From positions 93 to 64,092 of the forward strand of contig JAXMHI010000003.1 in assembly GCA_046346885.1 (NCBI GenBank): a stretch of DNA of 64,000 nucleotides, in the 5' to 3' direction. This stretch comes from a bacterium. GTDB lineage: Bacteria; UBA10199; JADFYH01. The notes under the pieces are model-generated. The model was not told where the DNA came from. It saw nothing but the letters and a program-made list of their open reading frames with translations, and did not search any database. This document shows positions 18,421 through 27,716 of the stretch, one piece after another (within the stretch, counting starts at the first letter, position 1; each line of letters opens with the position of its first letter). The translations under genes and the position numbers were made by a program.

Positions 18421-18450
18421 AAATAAAAAAGGCCCCTTGCGGGGCCTTCT
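18421..18450. terminator. Bidirectional hairpin terminator between queA and 18504..19016
   Basis: AGGCCCC-TTGC-GGGGCCT, flanked by an A-run upstream and a T-containing tail downstream. On the minus strand it reads as stem plus TTTTTTATTTT. Confidence 0.6.
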
Positions 18451-18503
18451 AAAACTTTTCTCTTTTTTCCTGACCTTCTAAAGAGGGGTTTTAAACAACG
18501 TCG

Positions 18504-19016
18504 TTACATCTGCGGATCGGAAAGCGTCGCTTTCAAGGTCTTGAGCATTTGCGGATCGGAAAGCACCGTCTGCAAGGCCTTGATCATTTGGGGATCGGAA
18601 GCGGCCATCGTCTTCACCACGTTGTACATCTTCTCGTCGGCGAGCAGGGTGTTCACCGCGGTATCCTTGTCCATCTGGGGATCCGAAGAAGCGAACTCTT
18701 CTCCCTTGATCATCTGGGGATCGGAGGCCGTCAACATTTGAGGATCGGACGCGACGAGCATTTGAGGATCGGAAGAAACGGCGTTGGCCTTGATCATTTG
18801 GGGATCCGATTCCACCGTCTTTTCCAAGGGCAACATCTGAGGATCGGAATAAGCCCGCACCGCCTTATTCATTTGGGGATCCGAAAAGAATTGATTGAGC
18901 GCGCCGTAGAGAGTCGGTTTCGCCGCCCGAACCGTCGCTTGTCCTGAGAAGGCTTTTCCTTGGGCTCCCACCGTCGCAACCACTAAAGCTACTGCAACTA
19001 ACCACTTCCTGACCAT
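18504..19016 (-). CDS. Secreted repeat protein with 10 copies of the pentapeptide SDPQM (170 aa from the internal ATG)
   Basis: Signal peptide MVRKWLVAVALVVATVGAQG. An AAAAGGAGAAG RBS precedes the ATG at 19016. SDPQM recurs 10 times and the protein ends exactly in ...LSDPQM*. Confidence 0.8.
   Translation of the reverse strand: MVRKWLVAVALVVATVGAQGKAFSGQATVRAAKPTLYGALNQFFSDPQMNKAVRAYSDPQMLPLEKTVESDPQMIKANAVSSDPQMLVASDPQMLTASDPQMIKGEEFASSDPQMDKDTAVNTLLADEKMYNVVKTMAASDPQMIKALQTVLSDPQMLKTLKATLSDPQM
18507..18884 (-). repeat. Coding repeat: 15-nt unit TC(N)GATCC(N)CA(R)ATG, 10 copies, irregularly spaced
   Basis: On the plus strand, CAT(C/T)TG(C/A/G)GGATC(C/G)GA recurs 10 times between 18507 and 18884. 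Confidence 0.85.
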
Positions 19017-19069
19017 TTTACTTCTCCTTTTAACAAGGGTTATCAAAATCAACTGCTCCCCATTGCATA

Positions 19070-19085
19070 AGCAAATAATTTGCCA
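19070..19085 (-). promoter_or_regulatory. sigma54 (-24/-12) promoter for the SDPQM repeat gene
   Basis: The minus strand reads TGGCAAattatTTGCT with exact consensus spacing, about 55 nt upstream of the ATG at 19016. Confidence 0.65.
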
Positions 19086-19331
19086 AAACTTTTATTTTTA
19101 AAAAATGATATATTTTAATTAGTTATGAGTTTTTTGGAGAAAAGGGAAAGGGGAGTGAGTTCCCCATGGTAGGAGGGCAAGATTTGTTCCAAAATGTTAA
19201 TAAATAAATAATATTATATAGTTAAGTTGTTTTTTGTTCACAATTGAGCAAAAATGAAAATGATGGGCATACACCCCATTTTGAGATATCTTTTTGTAAA
19301 AAGTGAAAGATTTAAAGAGGTTGAGAGAGGA

Positions 19332-22300
19332 TTAGGGAGGAGGAAACTCAATCACCAAACGAAAGGTTCCATTGTATTCATCGGCCACATCCATATGGAC
19401 GTAAGTTCGAGAACAAGGGAGGGGTTGATTGCCTGAGGGAGTTCTCACGGATGCACCGGACATGACGATCGCATCGTTTTCCGCCACCGTGGAAGTAAAC
19501 TCACGCACGTTTCCAATCAAATCCAGTAGTCTTTGAATCCGGCCCTGCGCGTCCCGATATCCAAAAATGGAAAAGTCTCGGTAAAGGTCGGGGCCTAAAG
19601 GATGGGTGCCGATGGGGTGGGAATGGGTTCCTTTATCTAGATCGGCGTGTACCAGACGCGAAGCGAAGAAAGTTCTGCGGTAACGGTAACCCCATGGGAA
19701 GGACCAATCGAAGGTGTTGCGGGCGGCGATCTCTTTTTGTTCCGCAGAGACGATCTTGTAATTCCGTCGGTCGCGCACCGACCTCCAGTATCGATAAGCG
19801 TCCGCCGCTCGGTACGGAATTGCATGAATGGGTTGATTGTTCAAGATGGGGTCGCCACGGAGCGAGGGATGACTCGTGGGATCCGCAAGAGTAAAGATAC
19901 GATTTTGACCTTCTCCTTCGGACCGGATCCTCCAGTGGAACCGGGCGCCTTCGAACGCGGTTGCGAGAACCGATTCCCAGTCGGGGTTTTCGGGAAGGTT
20001 CCGGGGAGAGATCCGAGGTTGATCCCGCGGGATCAAATTTCTCAGCCGTTCAATGTGTCGGAAGGCCTCTTCGAATCGCCCTTGTCCGACCAGATGATTG
20101 ATTCCCCTCAATTGGCTTTCGATGAAGAGGCGGTATTCCCCCACGGTGATGGGATTGGAAATGGCGAAGGTGTTGAAGGAATGGGGGCGTTCCGGAAAAC
20201 TGATGACGAGGGCGGGGTCGTCGAAGCGATAGATATTATGTCCGATGACGCCTTTTCCGCCATGAACGAGTGAGAAGCCTTCGGGAACCGGCGGGGTCAA
20301 GCGCAGGTTCAAGTTTAGGGAACCCCGAGTGGCCGAACCCCGGTTTAAGATTCCTTGTCGAACTTGCGGAAGTGTGATGCGCAGAGGATAACGCATAAAC
20401 GCATAATCGGGATGCGATAGCTCGAGCACGTAGTACCCTGCCGGCAAGTTGAGTCGGTCTTGAATGTCGCTTAAGTTTCCTTCCAGAAGGGGAGCCCCTT
20501 CCCGGAAATAATCTTTTTCATATTCTTCGATGGGAATCACCCGCGCTTGGACATTTTCAGGGGTCATTTGGGGGTTTAAGTGGTCGGATATTTTTAATTG
20601 AACGCGGATTTGTCCTTCCAGCGCGTCCTTCATGCTGGTGGTGCGCTCGTTTTCCGTCGCCACGTCGTATTCGCGGATACGGTCGATGAGGGTTTGGCGC
20701 ACCTCGTCGGGCATCGTGTTGTCGGCATTGACGAGCCTCATCCAAGAGAGTTCGGCGATCATCTTTCTCGCCTCGGGCACGGGATCGGAATCGGTCAAGC
20801 GTCTGAGTTCCTGCACCGCGCTTTCCACCGCCTGGTCGAAGGCCGCCGGAATGTTCTTGAGGGCGTACAGAGGATCCAACATGCGTTTTTCCAAGTCTTC
20901 AGTGATCGGACGGTCGGTGCGATATTCACTCCAAGCGGCGTGAAGTTCTTGTTCCAGAGACCTGCGTCTTTCCAGCAGGCGGCGGATACGGATCATTTCG
21001 GCGCGGCCCCAAACAAGCAAAAGCGCCTCGCGTAATTTGCCGGCCGATTCAAAGCGTCGGGTCGGATCCGGGTCTAAGGCCCTTCGGCAGACTTCCTCGA
21101 TTTTATCGTAAAGTTCGAGTGGGTAGTCTCCCTGTATGACGTCCCGAAAGGCCGGGGGCTGCAGGAAGAAGTCGGGATGGGTGGAGAAGAAGCGTGCCTG
21201 TGACCCGTTTCTCCCATGGGTAAACGGGTTCTGCCCCGTTATCATTTCATACAGGATGGCACCCAAGGCGAAAACGTCGATGGAGCGCGGGTTTTCAATT
21301 TTCCGGTTTAGAAACCTCTCGGGGGCGATATAGCCTGGTGTTCCAAAAGAGACGCCCACCAGGGTAATGTCCTTTTCAAGGCGGTGAAAAAGTTCCGGAG
21401 AAACTTCTGGTCGGGGTTCGGCGGGAAGTTCCTCGAACGCTTTAGCCAAGCCCCAATCGACGATCCGGACCTCGCCGGTATCGGTGATACGGATATTGCC
21501 GGGCTTCAAGTCGCGGTGGACGATGCCGTCTCGGTGGGCGGATTCGATCCCCTCGCAAATGCGTAGAAAGATGTCGAGCTTCCTTTGGGCGCTGAGCGTC
21601 GACATCACGTCCGAGAGGTCGTTGCCGGGCAGGTATTCCATCACAGGAACGGTACGGCCATTGGGGAGCGTGATGAAGTCGTAGATCACGACCACGTGCC
21701 GTCGATCCATATTGGCGGTAATTTTTACCTCGTTGCGAAAACGAGCGTCCACTTCCACCGTATCTTTTTGGCTGCGATCCCGTTCGGGGCGCGGCACTTT
21801 GATCACCGCCAGACGCTCCAATTGCAGGTCTCTTACCTTGATCACGTGTCCGTAGCCGCCGGAGCCTAGATAATCCAATACTTGGTAGCGGCCTTCCAAC
21901 TCCATTCCCACTTGCAAGCCGGTTTCTTCCGGAGGAAGTCGCGTGACCAAGGATTGGGCTTCTTTTCGAGTGTCATGGTCGACGTCGGTCGGGTCTTGGG
22001 GGGCTTCCGGAGCTGGAGAAGGGGCCGCTTTTTGCCGAGGAACGGGAACGGCCACTCGTGTTTGGGCTTCTTGGGGGTCTTTGGCCGGGGAAGCAGCGGG
22101 GGAAGGAGGAGGAATTTCCGGGCGTTGTTCCACGACTTCCGCCGCCGGAGCGTCTAACGTGGTTGCGAGTTTCGGATCGGCGGGAGGAGTCGCCGGACGA
22201 GGGGGTGAGGGAGGAGAGTCCTTCCCCGCCAATTCGGGCGGACCGCCGACCATCGTAGTGGTGGCGGGTGCGTCGCGATTCGTGGGGAAACCGCTGTCCG

Positions 22301-23138
22301 CGGGTCCGTCGGGCTTATCCTTGTCATGGATGGAGGACATGGCGACGATGAGAGGACCCTTTTCCGGAAAAACTCGGTCTCCGCTTCTTCGTCCTTCGAG
22401 GTTCCCCCTCTGTCCGGTGGCGAGAGCCCAGGGAGCTCCTTCGCCTTCCGAATCGAAAAAGGAACTTCTTCCTTCCGTTTGGGGCGTTCGAAGGGTGAGT
22501 TCCAAGCCCCGTTCCAAGGCGGGAAGCCCCGGCGCGAAGGTGTGCACCAGGCTCATGCCGAAACTTAATTGCAAATTGGTGATTTCCGCGTGGAGAAATT
22601 GCTGGGCGAGCGTGCCTTCGGGCCCCGGAGAAATTCCCAACGCCGCGGTGGCGTGGTGGCCCAGCACCATGCCGGTGTCTTGCACGAAATGTTGAAGGAT
22701 GACGTTTTGGCCTTCGGCCAAGTGGCCGGCGAATTTCAAGGTTCCGAAACTGACGAACGAGTTGGCGAGCCCCTCGCGAAATCCGCCCCGGCCGTTCCAA
22801 CGCCAAAGATTGGGGTTGGAGGCGCCTTCGCCCGATAGGCCGAGCAGCGAGCGGTGGCTGGTTTCAAAGGCCAATACTTCGGCGCTTAATCCGATTCCGT
22901 AGGAAGCGGTTTGAATGAGGGACGCGGCTTGCCCCGCCCGGGAGGCCAAGGCCATCGTGCCGATTCGACCGAAACGGTAGGCAAGCCCGCCTATAGACAT
23001 GGCGGCCAAGCTTCTCCAATCGCTCGCCTGCTCCAAGAAGCCGCTGACCAAGCCATCCACTTGAGATTGGGCGGAACTCGGCTCCGCATAAGAGGCCAGC
23101 GTGTGAGAAGACAGCCTACTAAGAACCGTTTCCGTCAT
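19332..23138 (-). CDS. Family copy P3: N-terminal module, about 190-aa Pro-rich linker, Hanks Ser/Thr kinase, middle region, C-terminal FGE/SUMF1-like domain (1268 aa from the internal ATG)
   Basis: The start is moved to MTETVLSRL (ATG at 23138) by alignment with the other copies. Kinase motifs are GSGGYGHV, AVIKV, HRDLKPGN, DWGLA and GTPGYIAPE. The C-terminal HAIPYRAADAYRYW...FPWG...HPIG...GNVREF resembles FGE-sulfatase domains. Confidence 0.85.
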   Translation of the reverse strand: MTETVLSRLSSHTLASYAEPSSAQSQVDGLVSGFLEQASDWRSLAAMSIGGLAYRFGRIGTMALASRAGQAASLIQTASYGIGLSAEVLAFETSHRSLLGLSGEGASNPNLWRWNGRGGFREGLANSFVSFGTLKFAGHLAEGQNVILQHFVQDTGMVLGHHATAALGISPGPEGTLAQQFLHAEITNLQLSFGMSLVHTFAPGLPALERGLELTLRTPQTEGRSSFFDSEGEGAPWALATGQRGNLEGRRSGDRVFPEKGPLIVAMSSIHDKDKPDGPADSGFPTNRDAPATTTMVGGPPELAGKDSPPSPPRPATPPADPKLATTLDAPAAEVVEQRPEIPPPSPAASPAKDPQEAQTRVAVPVPRQKAAPSPAPEAPQDPTDVDHDTRKEAQSLVTRLPPEETGLQVGMELEGRYQVLDYLGSGGYGHVIKVRDLQLERLAVIKVPRPERDRSQKDTVEVDARFRNEVKITANMDRRHVVVIYDFITLPNGRTVPVMEYLPGNDLSDVMSTLSAQRKLDIFLRICEGIESAHRDGIVHRDLKPGNIRITDTGEVRIVDWGLAKAFEELPAEPRPEVSPELFHRLEKDITLVGVSFGTPGYIAPERFLNRKIENPRSIDVFALGAILYEMITGQNPFTHGRNGSQARFFSTHPDFFLQPPAFRDVIQGDYPLELYDKIEEVCRRALDPDPTRRFESAGKLREALLLVWGRAEMIRIRRLLERRRSLEQELHAAWSEYRTDRPITEDLEKRMLDPLYALKNIPAAFDQAVESAVQELRRLTDSDPVPEARKMIAELSWMRLVNADNTMPDEVRQTLIDRIREYDVATENERTTSMKDALEGQIRVQLKISDHLNPQMTPENVQARVIPIEEYEKDYFREGAPLLEGNLSDIQDRLNLPAGYYVLELSHPDYAFMRYPLRITLPQVRQGILNRGSATRGSLNLNLRLTPPVPEGFSLVHGGKGVIGHNIYRFDDPALVISFPERPHSFNTFAISNPITVGEYRLFIESQLRGINHLVGQGRFEEAFRHIERLRNLIPRDQPRISPRNLPENPDWESVLATAFEGARFHWRIRSEGEGQNRIFTLADPTSHPSLRGDPILNNQPIHAIPYRAADAYRYWRSVRDRRNYKIVSAEQKEIAARNTFDWSFPWGYRYRRTFFASRLVHADLDKGTHSHPIGTHPLGPDLYRDFSIFGYRDAQGRIQRLLDLIGNVREFTSTVAENDAIVMSGASVRTPSGNQPLPCSRTYVHMDVADEYNGTFRLVIEFPPP

Positions 23139-23228
23139 AAGAAAAAAAGGGAAATGCCTGAAAAATAAAAAATTATTCGATTGCCCTTCCTCTTCGGCAA
23201 CGCTTAAGAGAAGGTGCGAGGAAATTTT

Positions 23229-24370
<1,142 letters not shown>

Positions 24371-24409
24371 GCTTTTGGCGAAGGAAGGGATTCTTTTGAA
24401 AGGCTTTCC

Positions 24410-24779
24410 ATGACATGGTTTTGCAGGTATCGTGAGTTCTTTCGTTTCAACGGCGTGGGCTCAAGCGCAAGCGGGGCGTCAGGACAACCGGCTTCGATCT
24501 TCCGAGAGCCCCCTCTTTTGATGCTCCCGATCTTCTTGATTTTTACTTCATCATGGTGCGTCCCCAGCAGAAGCAGCAGAAGGAAGAATGAAGATGATCT
24601 GGGAAGCAAAAAGGAGACCCGGTGGTGACCACCTCCGGCATATACGCGCGTGTGGTCGGCGTCACCGATAAAATCCTCACCCACAAATTGCGGATAACAC
24701 GAAAGTTAAGGTCGATCGGGAAGCGGTGAGGGGAGTTGCAACCCCGCGAGCAGTTCTGAAAATAATAACAAATAATTAA
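24410..24779 (+). pseudogene. yajC: Preprotein translocase subunit YajC, spread over at least 4 reading frames
   Basis: YajC-like segments occur in different frames: STAWAQAQAG; ASGQPASIFREPPLLMLPIFLIF; YFIMVRPQQKQQKEE; KKGDPVVTTSGIYARVVGVTDKILT; IADNTKVKVDREAVRGVATPRAVLKIITNN*. The position between tgt and secD is canonical. Confidence 0.7.
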
Positions 24780-24838
24780 GGATTCCTTCTCCCTCTTTAG
24801 GTTGGCGATGCAAGAATGAGAAACTGTCTCTTCCTCAT

Positions 24839-26785
24839 ATGTCTCAATCGTGGCGTTTAAAGGTTTATCTCACCCTTTTCCTCGCATTGCTTTCCATTTA
24901 TGCGTTGGTGCCGACTTTCGGGCGCTTCAACGCGGTCCGGGAAGAAGCGGAGAAGAAAAATACCGGGACTCCTTGGTACATGAGTTGGTTTCCCGAAAAG
25001 GAACTCAACCTGGGCCTCGATCTTCGAGGCGGCATTTATCTCGAACTCGAGGTTTCCGTCGAAGAGGCCATCAATAACCGCCTCGATTTAATGGCGAGCG
25101 AGATCAACCGCTTCCTGAAAGGCGAGAATGTGGAAGGGGCGCAAGCCGACCGTATTCCCAAGACGCGCCGCATTCGAGTGCTGCTGCCGAATTCCTCCGC
25201 GATGGAAAAACTGAAGAATCACGTCGCCGATTTCTATCGGGGAGCCCTGAACGAGGAGCGGGGAGTGGGCGAACTCGTCTACAAGAGCGACGAGAAAGAC
25301 GAGGCGAAACTCCAGGCGTTTTATAACGAGCTTCTCACCGCCTTGAACGGAAAGAACGGCGTGGTCGACGTGGAGCGCTCCAGCGGATCGGATCTTTTCC
25401 GCATCGTGCTTAAATCGGGAGGGGATGCGGCCGAAGTCAAATCACTCGTTTCCTCCAAATTCCCCTCGCTCCATGAGACGACCGATTCGAACAAGGTGAT
25501 TTATCAGGCCGTTGACGCCTACGTGGAAAAATTCCGTGCCGACTCGGTGAAGCAGGCGGTGGAAACCATCCGCAACCGTATCGACCGTTACGGCGTGTCC
25601 GAGCCTTCCATCCGCCAACTGGGCGACAATCGGGTGGCCGTGGAATTGCCCGGCGTCACCGACCCGGACCGCGCCATCAGCATCGTGAAGAAGGCCGGTA
25701 AGCTCGAGTTCAAGATCGTCGACGAGTCGAAAAACGAAGAGGAAGTGAAGACGCTCGTCGCCCAACTCCGCAAAGACGGCAACATCCCCGAAGGTTTCTC
25801 CGAAGAGATCGTGGGCAAGATCAATGAGGCTGCCAAGGGCAAGATTCCTTCCGAAGATGAGATCCTCTTTGAGGTGCAGCGTGATCCCGTCACCGGAAAA
25901 ATAGTGGGAGGCACCCCCTATTTGCTCAAGCGAAAGGCGGAGGTGACCGGCGACATGCTACGCGCCGCCCAGGTGAGCGTGCAGAACAACGAGCCGTACG
26001 TAAGCCTCTCCTTCAATAACACCGGCACCAAGGCCTTCGGCGATTTAACGACCGCGAAAGTGGGAAAGCGCCTGGCGATTATCTTAGACGGAAACGTGAC
26101 GAAGGCGCCCGTCATCAAGGGCCCCATTCCCAACGGAGAGGCGCAAATCACCCTCGGTTTCGGCAACTATCAAGCGTTGATCAAAGAAGCGGAAGACTTG
26201 GTGCTGGTCCTAAGGGAAGGCGCCTTGCCGGCTTCTTTGAAGGAAATCACCAAGACCGTCATCGGCCCTTCCCTCGGGAAATCGGCCATTCATAACGGGC
26301 TCATTGCCGCGCTCATCGCGGGCATCACCGTCGTGGTGTTCATGATCCTTTACTATAAGGCTTCGGGTTTGATCGCCGACTTGGTTTTAGGTCTGAACGT
26401 GCTCCTCATCTTGGGTACGCTTTCTCTTTTCCAAGCGACCCTGACCCTGCCCGGCATCGCGGGTATCGTCTTGACCATGGGAATGGCGCTGGACGCGAAT
26501 ATCCTCATTTTCGAGCGCATCCGGGAAGAACTCAAGAGCGGCAAATCCGTCAAGGCGGCGGTAGACGCCGGTTTCTCCAACGCCTTTAGCGCCGTGGTCG
26601 ATACCCATCTCACCACCTTCCTCTCCGGGATGGTGCTCTACAACTTCGGGACGGGTCCCATCCGCGGTTTCGCCGTGACGCTGATGATCGGGGTGGTGAC
26701 CACGTTGTTTACGGCTTATTGGGTGACTCATTTAATTTACGATTATTTATTGGCGAAGGTGAAGATCCAGAAGGTGAGCATTTAG
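24839..26785 (+). CDS. secD: Protein translocase subunit SecD
   Basis: 648 aa. N-terminal TM helix, large periplasmic domain and C-terminal 5-TM block. LGLDLRGG motif. Synteny with yajC and secF. Confidence 0.92.
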   Translation: MSQSWRLKVYLTLFLALLSIYALVPTFGRFNAVREEAEKKNTGTPWYMSWFPEKELNLGLDLRGGIYLELEVSVEEAINNRLDLMASEINRFLKGENVEGAQADRIPKTRRIRVLLPNSSAMEKLKNHVADFYRGALNEERGVGELVYKSDEKDEAKLQAFYNELLTALNGKNGVVDVERSSGSDLFRIVLKSGGDAAEVKSLVSSKFPSLHETTDSNKVIYQAVDAYVEKFRADSVKQAVETIRNRIDRYGVSEPSIRQLGDNRVAVELPGVTDPDRAISIVKKAGKLEFKIVDESKNEEEVKTLVAQLRKDGNIPEGFSEEIVGKINEAAKGKIPSEDEILFEVQRDPVTGKIVGGTPYLLKRKAEVTGDMLRAAQVSVQNNEPYVSLSFNNTGTKAFGDLTTAKVGKRLAIILDGNVTKAPVIKGPIPNGEAQITLGFGNYQALIKEAEDLVLVLREGALPASLKEITKTVIGPSLGKSAIHNGLIAALIAGITVVVFMILYYKASGLIADLVLGLNVLLILGTLSLFQATLTLPGIAGIVLTMGMALDANILIFERIREELKSGKSVKAAVDAGFSNAFSAVVDTHLTTFLSGMVLYNFGTGPIRGFAVTLMIGVVTTLFTAYWVTHLIYDYLLAKVKIQKVSI

Positions 26786-26791
26786 AAGATT

Positions 26792-27709
26792 ATGCAAGTT
26801 ACACAAAAAGAAATTCCTTTCATGCAGAATCAGATGTTCTTGATCATCCTCTCGATTTTTCTGACGGTCGGGTCGCTGGTGTTCATCACGATACACGGCC
26901 TTAATTTCGGAATCGATTTCAAGGGTGGGATCAAGCTGCAATATAAGTTCAGCAAACCGGTGGAAAGCGGGCAAATCCAAGAGGCGGTGGAGAAGACGCT
27001 GCATGAGAAGGCCGTCGCCCAGCAGTTTGGCGACCCGACTCAGAACATGTTCGGCGTCGAGATCTTGAAGCCCAGCAAGGAGATCGCCGGCTTTTCACAA
27101 GAAGTCACCAAAGCCCTCGATTCCCAATTGGGGGCGGGTACGGCTACCCTCGTTAAAGAAGAGGCGGTGGGCCCTAAGGCGGGACAAGAGCTCAGGCGCA
27201 AGGGAGAGCTAGCGGTCATCGTCGCCTGGGTCTTGATCTTGATTTACTTGGGATATCGTTTCGATTTCTATTTTTCTCCCGGCGCCATCTTGGCCCTCAT
27301 TCACGATATCATCATCGTTTTGGGAGCTTTCGCCGTTACGGGAAGGGAGATCAACTTGACGGTGGTCGCTGCGTTTCTCACGATTATCGGTTATTCCGTC
27401 AATGATACGATCATCGTGTACGACCGCATCCGCGAAAATACGCGGAAGTACAAGTCGCTGCTTCTTTCCGACTTGGTGAACAAAAGCATTAATGAAACTT
27501 TGTCGCGCACCATCGTCACTTCCCTCGTGGTATTTTTCGTCGTCTTGGTGCTTTTCCTCAAAGGAGAAGGGGATATCCGCGATTTCGCGTTCGCCATGAT
27601 CGTGGGCGTGATCACCGGCACTTATTCCTCCATCTTCATCGCTTGTCCTTGTTACATCTTCTTGAAGAAGCACGGCCATCGTATCGGCCTTACCTCGGCC
27701 TCGACTTAA
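26792..27709 (+). CDS. secF: Protein translocase subunit SecF
   Basis: 305 aa. GIDFKGG motif and a SecF-type C-terminal TM bundle (YSVNDTIVVYDRIREN). Confidence 0.92.
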   Translation: MQVTQKEIPFMQNQMFLIILSIFLTVGSLVFITIHGLNFGIDFKGGIKLQYKFSKPVESGQIQEAVEKTLHEKAVAQQFGDPTQNMFGVEILKPSKEIAGFSQEVTKALDSQLGAGTATLVKEEAVGPKAGQELRRKGELAVIVAWVLILIYLGYRFDFYFSPGAILALIHDIIIVLGAFAVTGREINLTVVAAFLTIIGYSVNDTIIVYDRIRENTRKYKSLLLSDLVNKSINETLSRTIVTSLVVFFVVLVLFLKGEGDIRDFAFAMIVGVITGTYSSIFIACPCYIFLKKHGHRIGLTSAST

Positions 27710-27716
27710 ACAAGAG

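Noticed and set aside
18507-18884. Regularly recurring 15-nt DNA motif that might suggest a CRISPR-like array
   Set aside because: The repeats are short (15 nt) and irregularly spaced (6-90 nt). They lie in frame inside a signal-peptide-bearing ORF, where they encode SDPQM. This is a coding repeat, not a CRISPR array.
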